Part shown: positions 55,720 through 64,000 of the stretch, in pieces
Layout: each line of letters begins with the position of its first letter
Position numbering within the stretch: position 1 is the stretch's first letter
Assembly (NCBI GenBank): GCA_050012255.1
Contig: JBEKHN010000004.1
Span: 32,001-96,000 of the forward strand
DNA: 64,000 bases
Reading direction: 5' to 3'
Source: Candidatus Bathyarchaeia archaeon
GTDB taxonomy: Archaea > Thermoproteota > Bathyarchaeia > Bathyarchaeales > Bathycorpusculaceae
Notes under the pieces: model-generated
What the model was told of the DNA's origin: nothing
Database searches by the model: none
The model's input: only the letters and a program-made list of their open reading frames with translations
Program-made: the position numbers and the translations under genes

Positions 55720-58700
55720 TTACTTGTAGGTTTTTCCGAAATTTCCAGCTAATATAATGATGTCGAAGATGTCGACGATGCCGTCTTGGTTGAGATCCGC
55801 ATCGGAATTCCATAATGGATGCCCAGGATAACACCCGAATGCTGATGCTTCTTGTATTGCATCATACATATCAACGGTTCCATCGTGATTTAGGTCTCCA
55901 AGAACAGGGACGTAGGGCTGGATGAATGGGTATCTATCAGTGTTGTTTGCGTCTACGATGTATCGAGTGTCCCCTATTCCGTCACTTCCCGCCTCATTTT
56001 GATAAGGACCACTGGAGAAGTCAACACTAGCATAGTCGCTCCAGTAGTTTCCTCCAGAAGGATAGCCATCATCCCAAATGTTGACTGAGTTAAGACTGAG
56101 TGCTTGTTGCGTGTTCTTGAAGTTGTTATGGTATATCGTGTTGTTGTTGCTCTGGTCTTTTAGCCCGTACAGACCCCAATAACCTATGCTTATGCCGTAA
56201 TAGTTGTTTGAGAGGGTGTTCTGAAGAATGGTGTTGTCGTTGGAAAACCACTCCAGGTATATTCCTGCTCCGATCAAAAAGGTATTGTTTGCAACCTTGT
56301 TTCTTCTTATTGTGTTGCGCGTGGCTCCACTGAGAGCTATTCCAGCTAAGCTACGAGTACCGCCTGAGACTTTGTTGCTGATAATTATGTTGTCGGTAGC
56401 ATAATATGAGATAACGCCCACGATGTTTTCAAGTATCGTATTGCTGTCAATGCTGTTGTTCGGGGATGCAGTTATGTCTATACCGACACTGGCGGTTGTT
56501 ACCGTGTTTCCAGCAATCGTATTACGTTCAGAATAGTATAGGCCGATGCCGTCCCACCCACTGTTTGCTACGTTGCTTCCACTCACGATGTTGCTGTTGG
56601 AGCCCCATAGGTAGATGCCGTTGTAATTGTCTGAAGCAATCACGTTCGTTATTGTGGACTCAGTCGTGTACGCGAACAACACCCCTTGCCCATTGTTTGA
56701 AAGGTTCAGATCGTTCACTGAGATGCCTGTGGAATTGACAACTGCCACATACCCCACATTTGCTGGAACCTGCTTATCACGCTGATTAATGAGATAGTAA
56801 ACTTGCTTTCCATTCACAGCGTTTGAAGTATCCACATCATTAACATAATCTGAAAGGGAAGCACCGTAAACTCCAAAGTTGTATGAATTGCCCGTCATGT
56901 CGTTGTTTCTGAGAGTGTTGCTGCCAGAATTATGTAGATAGACTCCTTGATTGTTGTTTACTATGGCATTATTGCTAATGGTGTTGCGGGCGGAAGAGTC
57001 TAAGTACAGTCCCGTTCCCATCGTACCGTTTGACACGGCGTTGCCGCTAATCGTGTTGTTCTCAGCGGACAACCATAAACCAATGCCAATTTCATTCTTT
57101 GTAACCGCATTGTCGCCAACAGAGTTATCGTTGGAGCTGATGAGCTCAATGCCACGGTTACCTTCTGAAGTCACTGTGTTCCTGACCAAAGTGTTGTTGT
57201 TGGAACTGTACAGGTAGATGCCGTACGTGTTATTCAAGGCGTTCACATTTTCTATGAGGCATCCAGAAGCATACGCGAGGAGCACGCCTTGAACATTGTT
57301 TGTCACGTTTAAGCCTCTCACGGAAATGTTCGTTGAGTTCACAATGCTCACGTACCCTGCGTCGGCTGGGATCTCCCTGTCTTTTTGATTCAACCAGTAA
57401 TAGACCGGTCTGCCTTCAACCGTGTTAGAAGCATCCACGTCTTGAATGAAATGTGACAGGTCACTGCCTGTGACGCCGAAGTTGTATCTGTTCGCCGTCA
57501 TGCTGTTATTTTTCAGGACGCTGTAGCTTGATTCTTCAATGAGCAGACCAGCCGTGTTGTTTGACACCTCGTTGCCATTGATTGTGTTGCGACTTGATTT
57601 CTGCACGTAGAGGCCAAGGCCATTGTTCAGCAATTTGTTGAAGTCAATTGTGTGCCCCTCTGAATAGTACAGGTCAATGCCCTCTTCATTACGCATTAAC
57701 ATGTTGTCTCTAACGTTGTTACTCTCAGACTCGTCGATATAGATGCCGATGTAGTTGTTTGATGCGGCGTTACTATCAACCGAATTGTTGTGTGAAAATG
57801 CAAGGCGCAAACCATAGTAGTTGTCTGAAGCATTCACGTTCTCTACGTAAGAATTAACGGTGGCGACGAAGAGCACGCCCTCCTGGTTGCTTCGAAGTTG
57901 CAAGTCTCTCACGATGATATTTGAGGAATTTACTATTGCCACATAGCCAGCGTCTGCTGGAGCAGTACGGCTGTCTTGGTTCACCAAATAGTACACAGAT
58001 TTGCCATTAACCGTGTTCGAAGCATCTACGTCATGAATGAAATCCGTGACAGAATAACCCTCAACCCCAAAATTGTACTTGTTGCCTGTCATGTTATTGT
58101 TTCTGAGCGTGGCGTTTACAGCACCGTACAAGAGTATCCCATGATAGTTGTTCATAGTCGTCGTATCAGTGATTGTCACTCCTTCTGAAGCGACAAAGAT
58201 ACCAGCGTAGTCCAAAGAATAGAGACTATTCTGAAGCGTGAAACCACTGATCTTGACGTAGTTTGCTGTCACAAGTATGACATCTTTCATTCTTTGGCCG
58301 TCAATGATAGTACGGCTTCGGTCTTCTCCAACGAGAGTTAAACCTTCTTTGTTTATCCATACGTTTTCGTAGTATGTTCCTGAAGCCACAGAGATTGTGT
58401 CTCCTTCGAATGCTGCACTTATTGCATCCTGTATCTTTGGATAATCATGAGGGACTCTGATAACTTGCGGAGCCCTGACGGTTACTTGATTGGATAGAAA
58501 ATTGTTATTGACAATAGCTTCTCCACTTACGGGCAGTATGTAGCATGTAACATTGTACGCTCCCTGGATGGTTGGCGTCCACGAGTAACTCAAAGAAGCA
58601 GACGCTCCACTCACCAAAAAGTCAATGGCTTGAGATTGGACAACGCCACCGTTTACCAACAACTCGACGGTTATGCCACTTTCATTACTCTTTCCCATGT

Positions 58701-60249
58701 CAAGTATAGTTGTGTTGACAACGGCTTCATTTCCAAGTTTCAGATACGGAGGCGTCTTCAAGCTTAAGACAAGGACGTCATGATCTGACGGGCCTTGCTC
58801 CACCGCTTTTCTTGCGTTGACTCTTCCAAATCCGTAGTAAACGTCAAAACCTGGGGCGCCCAAGTCGTCCGCAGTGTACTGCAGCTGAGCCCACACTTGA
58901 TCTCGAGTCATATTGGGGAACATGCTCCAAATCAAGGCTGCAACACCTGAAACATGGGGCGTTGCCATTGAAGTTCCACTCATGTATGCATAAGTGCCGC
59001 CCAAGACTGTTGAGTAGATGTTGACGCCAGGAGCCGCGACTTTCAACCAGTCTCCGTAATTAGTGAATGAAGCAGGGTTGTCAAGCTCATCAGTTGCCGC
59101 CACTGCAACAACCTCGTCAAAAGCGGCAGGATAATGCTTAACGTTGGTTGCATCGTTCCCAGCTGCTGCAACAACGACCACTCCGTGCTCATACGCATAT
59201 CTCACGGCCTCATGCAGAACCGTGCTTTCCGCAGAGCTGCCCCAACTGCAGCTAATGATGTTTGCCCCCTGATTCACAGCGTGAACAATAGCTTTGGCAA
59301 GCTCGCTTGAACTTCCAATTCCACTCGCATCCAAGCCCTTTTCACCCATGATACGAACCTGAGCAAGTCCTGCTATACCTAGGCTGTTATTGATGGTAGC
59401 CGCGATAACTCCTGCACAATGGGTCCCATGTCCATTATCATCCATGGGGTTTGGATCATTATTTACCCAATTGTAGCCCAATGCAACATAGTTAGCGGCG
59501 AGGTCAGGATGTTGCCAGTCAATGCCAGTGTCAACCACTGCCACAAGAATTGAGTGACTGCCCACGGTTGTGTTCCAGGCCCAATCAGCCTCTATTGTGC
59601 GGAGCCCCCATTGTTTAGACCATTCAGGATCATTTGGAACGGCGTCAATCTGATACCTCATGTTGGGCTCAATGTAACTTGCTAAGCCACCCTTCTCAGC
59701 TTCTGACACGAAAGAATCAAGAGTTGATAGAGGTACGTCAGCTACTATGGCCTGGGTATTTTCCCCCATCAAAACCGAGTCCACAGGTCCCCCACCACTT
59801 TCTATCAGACGATCAACAAGTTCGTGGTAGTTGCCTTGTCCTGTGTTGTTAATTCCTATCACTAGCTCAACGGAGTTTCCGTTTACATAAGCAAAATCTC
59901 TCCATTGCGTTGACTGCTTAAAAAGCCACGTCGAAGTAGAGACAAAGTGAGGCTGAGGAGTTATGCTTTCTTGAGGACCCCAGCTTATGCTTGACACATA
60001 TTTGTCCATCACTCCTGCCTGAGATCCTCCCAAAGTCCAAGCAATGTCTCTCAGATCCACCGGTTGTTCGTTTTGTCCAGTCAAGTAACCTTGCCACGCT
60101 TGCATAACGTCAAAGCTTCCGGTAGGGTTGTTCTCTTGCTTGGGTATTGTGACCGGAACTGCCTTAGTGGACAGAGTGTGCGGTACAAAAGTTAGCACGC
60201 TTAACACAAGCAGCGTGAGCATTAATCCAGAATCTAATCTGTTTGACAA
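55720..60249 (-). CDS. Secreted S8 subtilisin-like protease with CARDB domain, repeated NosD/CASH beta-helix and dockerin-like tail (about 1509 aa)
   Basis: VVDTG / NGHGTH / GTSMATP catalytic triad; signal peptide after TTG 60249 (SD GGAG); GGNYWSDY; GDLNHDG and DLNQDG. Confidence 0.9.
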   Translation of the reverse strand: MSNRLDSGLMLTLLVLSVLTFVPHTLSTKAVPVTIPKQENNPTGSFDVMQAWQGYLTGQNEQPVDLRDIAWTLGGSQAGVMDKYVSSISWGPQESITPQPHFVSTSTWLFKQSTQWRDFAYVNGNSVELVIGINNTGQGNYHELVDRLIESGGGPVDSVLMGENTQAIVADVPLSTLDSFVSEAEKGGLASYIEPNMRYQIDAVPNDPEWSKQWGLRTIEADWAWNTTVGSHSILVAVVDTGIDWQHPDLAANYVALGYNWVNNDPNPMDDNGHGTHCAGVIAATINNSLGIAGLAQVRIMGEKGLDASGIGSSSELAKAIVHAVNQGANIISCSWGSSAESTVLHEAVRYAYEHGVVVVAAAGNDATNVKHYPAAFDEVVAVAATDELDNPASFTNYGDWLKVAAPGVNIYSTVLGGTYAYMSGTSMATPHVSGVAALIWSMFPNMTRDQVWAQLQYTADDLGAPGFDVYYGFGRVNARKAVEQGPSDHDVLVLSLKTPPYLKLGNEAVVNTTILDMGKSNESGITVELLVNGGVVQSQAIDFLVSGASASLSYSWTPTIQGAYNVTCYILPVSGEAIVNNNFLSNQVTVRAPQVIRVPHDYPKIQDAISAAFEGDTISVASGTYYENVWINKEGLTLVGEDRSRTIIDGQRMKDVILVTANYVKISGFTLQNSLYSLDYAGIFVASEGVTITDTTTMNNYHGILLYGAVNATLRNNNMTGNKYNFGVEGYSVTDFIHDVDASNTVNGKSVYYLVNQDSRTAPADAGYVAIVNSSNIIVRDLQLRSNQEGVLFVATVNSYVENVNASDNYYGLRLAFSHNNSVDSNAASNNYIGIYIDESESNNVRDNMLMRNEEGIDLYYSEGHTIDFNKLLNNGLGLYVQKSSRNTINGNEVSNNTAGLLIEESSYSVLKNNSMTANRYNFGVTGSDLSHFIQDVDASNTVEGRPVYYWLNQKDREIPADAGYVSIVNSTNISVRGLNVTNNVQGVLLAYASGCLIENVNALNNTYGIYLYSSNNNTLVRNTVTSEGNRGIELISSNDNSVGDNAVTKNEIGIGLWLSAENNTISGNAVSNGTMGTGLYLDSSARNTISNNAIVNNNQGVYLHNSGSNTLRNNDMTGNSYNFGVYGASLSDYVNDVDTSNAVNGKQVYYLINQRDKQVPANVGYVAVVNSTGISVNDLNLSNNGQGVLFAYTTESTITNVIASDNYNGIYLWGSNSNIVSGSNVANSGWDGIGLYYSERNTIAGNTVTTASVGIDITASPNNSIDSNTILENIVGVISYYATDNIIISNKVSGGTRSLAGIALSGATRNTIRRNKVANNTFLIGAGIYLEWFSNDNTILQNTLSNNYYGISIGYWGLYGLKDQSNNNTIYHNNFKNTQQALSLNSVNIWDDGYPSGGNYWSDYASVDFSSGPYQNEAGSDGIGDTRYIVDANNTDRYPFIQPYVPVLGDLNHDGTVDMYDAIQEASAFGCYPGHPLWNSDADLNQDGIVDIFDIIILAGNFGKTYK

Positions 60250-60689
60250 TTCTCCTTCTCTTGATCTTACATGGTTAAACCAACAGATAAAAGTTCGCGC
60301 GCTCCATTCAAAGAACCAGGTAGAACAGTCAAATGTGCGAACAGCAGGTCGCAAAAATCTCTTTAGGACATGGAATGTCGATGGAAATGGTCTGTGTCGT
60401 TTGCAACTAGGTGAAGAACAAACCGTTCCACATCGCTGACATAGCGTAAAATGATGATACGCTTTTGGCGGAGAGGTCACACAAAAATCCACGCGCCATT
60501 GAAAGCCACAATAGGACAAAACATAAGATTCTAGTAGCGGCGTGAAGCATTTTGCTACAAAACCCTCCTCTTCCGGAATCTTCTCCGGCCAAGAATGCAA
60601 GAAGCATCTGAATGACAAAGCAAATCTCGGAGAAGTTCTAATCATTCTAAGATCAGCAGAAAACAGGGAACTAGAAGCAGGTCTAAGGC

Positions 60690-62873
60690 ATGCCAAAGTT
60701 TCGACAGACTGCAGAATTGCTGAGGTTGATGGACAAGAAAGAGCGTATCCGCAACGTCTGCGTAGTGGCCCACATAGACCATGGAAAAACAACAATGACC
60801 GATTCGCTGCTGATCGAAGCGGGACTTCTGCCGCCACACGTAGCAGGTTCAGCAAGAGTTCTGGACTATTTGGAGGAAGAGCAAAAACGCGGGATCACGA
60901 TTAAAACGGCAAACATATCGTTTCTGCATGAAGCAGACGGGTCCCCTTACCTGATAAACCTGGTCGACACTCCTGGGCATGTGGACTTCACAGGTAAGGT
61001 GACCAGGGCTTTGCGCGCGGTTGACGGTGCAATCGTCGTCGTGGACGCTGTGGAAGAGGTGATGGCTCAGACAGAAACTGTCACGCGTCAAGCTCTTGAG
61101 GAGAGGGTGAGACCTGTTCTTTTCATAAACAAGGTTGACCGTCTGATAAAGGAGCTGAAGCTTTCCCCCAATGAGATTCAGAAAAAGTTTGTCCATATTA
61201 TCACCGATTTCAACAACATCATCGAGATTTATGGCGAACCAAGGTTTACAGAGAAATGGAAAGTTGACCCTTCAAAACAGAGTGTTGCCTTCGGTTCAGC
61301 GCTTCACAGGTGGGGATTCACCCTAGAAATAGCTGAGAAGAAGGGCATAAGATTCAGTGATCGCGACATCACGGACGCTTATGAGCATGAAACATGGCAG
61401 GAACTCTCGCAAGTTGTTCCACTCCACACCGCCATACTTGACATGGTCGTGAAGAACCTGCCAAGCCCTGTTGAAAGCCAACGATACCGCGTACCAAAGA
61501 TCTGGAAAGGCAGTTTGACATCAGAAATCGGTCAGGCAATGGCGAACTGCGACGACCAAGGGCCAACTGTGATAGGCATAACTGCAGCTCAGATAGTTCA
61601 GAACGAGGGTTTGGTTGCCACTGGACGGATCTTCTCAGGATCTGTGAAAAAAGGCGACAACGTCTACTTGCTCGGCGCAGGCAAAGACCATTGCGTGCAA
61701 CAGGTTTCCCTCTACATGAGTGCTTTCAGGGAAGCTGTAGGCCAAATTTCTGCAGGCAACATTGCTGCCTTAACAGGGCTTGAATCGGCAAGGGCCGGGG
61801 AAACGGTCGTCGATGTTCAACACAAGAGCATGAGCATTCCGTTTGAGAATGCCCAGTATGTTTCAGAGCCTGTCATGACCATAGCGATAGAACCGAAGAA
61901 CCCAAAAGACCTAGAAAGCCTTCTTGAGGCACTGAAAAGACTTTCGATTGAAGACCCAAACCTCGTAACAACGGTGGATACTGAAACGGGTCAACACTTG
62001 CTTAGCGGCATGGGTGAGCTTCACTTGGAGGTTGCGATGAACTTCTTGAAGAAGTACATTGGTGATGTCGAGCTTGATGCAACTAGCCCGATTGCAGCGT
62101 ATAGAGAAACTGTTTTCAAGAGTGGAGCCCTGGTGATGACGAAGAGCCCCAACAAGCGTAACGAGTTCTGGGTACAGACAGAGCCGCTTGAAAGCAAAGC
62201 GATAACAGTCCTAGAAAAAAGCCTTTCATACCGTGAAGACAGGTTTGGAAAGAGTGCAGGGGGAGAGATTTGGGCCGTGGACGAGCGAATCAACATTCTA
62301 GTAGATTCAACTAAGCAAGCCGAGCATCTTCAAGAGGTGAAGAACGATGTCGTCTCAGGTTTCTATTGGACATGCAGAACCGGGCCCCTTAGCGAACAGC
62401 CCTTGAGAGGCGTGAAAGTCAAGCTTATGGACGTGAAGCTGGACAGAAATCCCGAAAATCGAGAACCAAGTCAAGTGACGCGGGCAATAAGCCGCGCAAT
62501 TCTGGGGTCGTTGTTGACAGCTAACCCCACACTTTTGGAGCCGATTTACAAGGTCGAAGTGTCCGTTCCATTGCAATGGCTTGGCACGTGCTCCAAGATA
62601 ATAACCCGCAGACACGGAAAAATAGAGGCCACTCAACAGAAAGGACAGTCAGCAATCATCACCGGCTACGTGCCAGTCGCACAGACTTTCGGCCTCTCTG
62701 CAGAAATGCGTACTGCAACATCCGGCCACGTTTTTTGGCAGCTGACTTTTGACCATTGGGAGAAAATGCCTGAAAAGCTTGAGGCTGAAGTAGTCACACA
62801 GCTCCGTGTGAGAAGAGGTTTGCCGCCGGAAGTGCCTCAACCGAGGGCTTTTGTAGACGAAATCCTTAGCTGA
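60690..62873 (+). CDS. Elongation factor 2 paralog (aEF-2p-like) lacking the diphthamide histidine
   Basis: AHIDHGKTT, RGITI, DTPGH, NKVD, GMGELHL. Domain IV reads LDRNPENREPSQ in place of an H..AIHRGPAQ-type motif. Confidence 0.88.
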   Translation: MPKFRQTAELLRLMDKKERIRNVCVVAHIDHGKTTMTDSLLIEAGLLPPHVAGSARVLDYLEEEQKRGITIKTANISFLHEADGSPYLINLVDTPGHVDFTGKVTRALRAVDGAIVVVDAVEEVMAQTETVTRQALEERVRPVLFINKVDRLIKELKLSPNEIQKKFVHIITDFNNIIEIYGEPRFTEKWKVDPSKQSVAFGSALHRWGFTLEIAEKKGIRFSDRDITDAYEHETWQELSQVVPLHTAILDMVVKNLPSPVESQRYRVPKIWKGSLTSEIGQAMANCDDQGPTVIGITAAQIVQNEGLVATGRIFSGSVKKGDNVYLLGAGKDHCVQQVSLYMSAFREAVGQISAGNIAALTGLESARAGETVVDVQHKSMSIPFENAQYVSEPVMTIAIEPKNPKDLESLLEALKRLSIEDPNLVTTVDTETGQHLLSGMGELHLEVAMNFLKKYIGDVELDATSPIAAYRETVFKSGALVMTKSPNKRNEFWVQTEPLESKAITVLEKSLSYREDRFGKSAGGEIWAVDERINILVDSTKQAEHLQEVKNDVVSGFYWTCRTGPLSEQPLRGVKVKLMDVKLDRNPENREPSQVTRAISRAILGSLLTANPTLLEPIYKVEVSVPLQWLGTCSKIITRRHGKIEATQQKGQSAIITGYVPVAQTFGLSAEMRTATSGHVFWQLTFDHWEKMPEKLEAEVVTQLRVRRGLPPEVPQPRAFVDEILS

Positions 62874-62935
62874 CCTCGCACTGGCCAGCTTTTCCTGCTG
62901 TCTTGATCAATAAGGGTTTAAAACTACTTTGAAGA

Positions 62936-63838
62936 ATGGTAAACGTGGGATCGATTATGGTTCAATTGGATCTTTCGCTTCCTTTTGACTTGGACTTCAC
63001 CTTGTGTTGTGGTCAGACGTTTAGGTGGAAAAAACAGGGCGATTGGTGGTACGGTACAGTCGGAGAAAATGTTTTCAAAGTTCGACAGAGCGGAGACAAG
63101 CTGGAGGTTGAAAATGCAGGTGAAGCATTTGTCAGGAGATATTTCGGGTTGAACGATGATCTACGGGAGATTTTTTCTCAAATCAACAAAGACAAGCACA
63201 TAGGGACAGCGATTGAAGAGTTCAAGGGTCTTCGCATTCTTCGGCAAGACCCATGGGAATGTCTCATCTCGTACATCTGTGCAACCTACAAGAATATTGA
63301 GGCGATAAAACGGATGTTGCTGCGTCTTTCCAGAAAATTCGGGAAAGAAGTCGTTCTTGATGGTTACAGTTTCTTCACGTTTCCGACCCCGATGAAACTG
63401 GCCAAGGCAACTTCAGAGAATCTAAGAGAATGTGAACTGGGCTACAGAGCGAAGTACGTTTCACAAACCTCCAAAGAAATTTTCAAAAACGACTATGAGC
63501 TGGAACACTTAAAAAAAGCAACCCATGACCAAGCAAAAGAGGAATTGCTCAGATTTCCCGGAGTGGGCCCCAAGGTGGCAGACTGTGTCCTGCTTTTTTC
63601 TCTCGAGAAACTCGATGCTTTTCCAGTCGATGTATGGATCAGAAGAGCAGTTTTGCGGCATTATGCTAGTAGTTTTCCGAGCGAGTTTGTGGACACTATC
63701 TCTCGTGAGAAATCCCTCAGCGGGTCAGGATACAGGCGGCTGAATTTGTTTGGAAGACAGTACTTTGGCAAGTACGCGGGTTACGCACAAGAATACCTGT
63801 ATCATAATGAACGCACTCAAGCCCGTAGTCATCCATGA
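62936..63838 (+). CDS. ogg1: 8-oxoguanine DNA glycosylase/AP lyase (Ogg1 type)
   Basis: TL.CGQTFRW (OGG_N); LRQDPWECLISYI; LGYRA; GVGPKVADCVLLF; FPVDVW. Confidence 0.9.
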   Translation: MVNVGSIMVQLDLSLPFDLDFTLCCGQTFRWKKQGDWWYGTVGENVFKVRQSGDKLEVENAGEAFVRRYFGLNDDLREIFSQINKDKHIGTAIEEFKGLRILRQDPWECLISYICATYKNIEAIKRMLLRLSRKFGKEVVLDGYSFFTFPTPMKLAKATSENLRECELGYRAKYVSQTSKEIFKNDYELEHLKKATHDQAKEELLRFPGVGPKVADCVLLFSLEKLDAFPVDVWIRRAVLRHYASSFPSEFVDTISREKSLSGSGYRRLNLFGRQYFGKYAGYAQEYLYHNERTQARSHP

Positions 63839-63949
63839 TTACAAGCTGGTTCTGTATGTGATGCCAGCGATTTCATAACGGTGGCCCAAATGCGGAAAAC
63901 GTTTAAATTGACTCTGAAACAGCATAATAAAGGGATCAAACCAAGGTCT

Positions 63950-64000
63950 GGGCCCGTAGCTCAGCTAGGTTAGAGCGCCAGGCTCATAAATGTTCAGTGT
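63950..64000 (+). tRNA. 5' part of a CAT-anticodon tRNA (Ile2 or Met) with an intron, truncated by the window
   Basis: GGGCCCGTAGCTCAG..GG..AGAGCG CCAGG CTCATAA, then non-pairing sequence; upstream GGAAAACGTTTAAAT. Confidence 0.8.

Noticed and set aside
60250-60855. N-terminal extension of the 1711-aa ORF
   Set aside because: Overlaps the EF-2 paralog on the opposite strand; the signal peptide and SD point to 60249.

Overview
Archaeal chromosomal segment, most consistent with a TACK lineage and probably Bathyarchaeia. That assignment is an inference from the archaeal r-protein set with a stand-alone eL38, a tetraether lipid synthase, a diphthamide-less EF-2 paralog and CARDB/dockerin-tailed secreted proteins. 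Contents in order: (1) end of a GT4/radical-SAM locus; (2) the uL22-to-cmk ribosomal protein cluster on the minus strand, interrupted by an Hsp20 gene with its own apparent promoter; (3) [NiFe]-hydrogenase maturation genes hypE and hypFCD; (4) an MFS transporter and Tes; (5) a complete beta-oxidation/Etf cluster; (6) an electron-transfer cluster of HdrA fused to a Cys-less MvhD-like domain, a divergent HdrD-like protein, TrxB and a tandem (ferredoxin-MvhD)x2 protein translationally coupled to NfnAB; (7) tRNA-Val, tRNA-Ser and a truncated intron-containing CAT-anticodon tRNA; (8) several decaying genes, mgsA, a large S8 protease, the EF-2 paralog and an Ogg1-type glycosylase. The best candidate for an undescribed system is the soluble fatty-acid-oxidation electron-disposal module (Etf, HdrD-like protein, HdrA-MvhD*, (Fd-MvhD)2-NfnAB). 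No CRISPR array, rRNA or intact mobile element was seen. All calls come from motif recognition by eye; no database searches were run.
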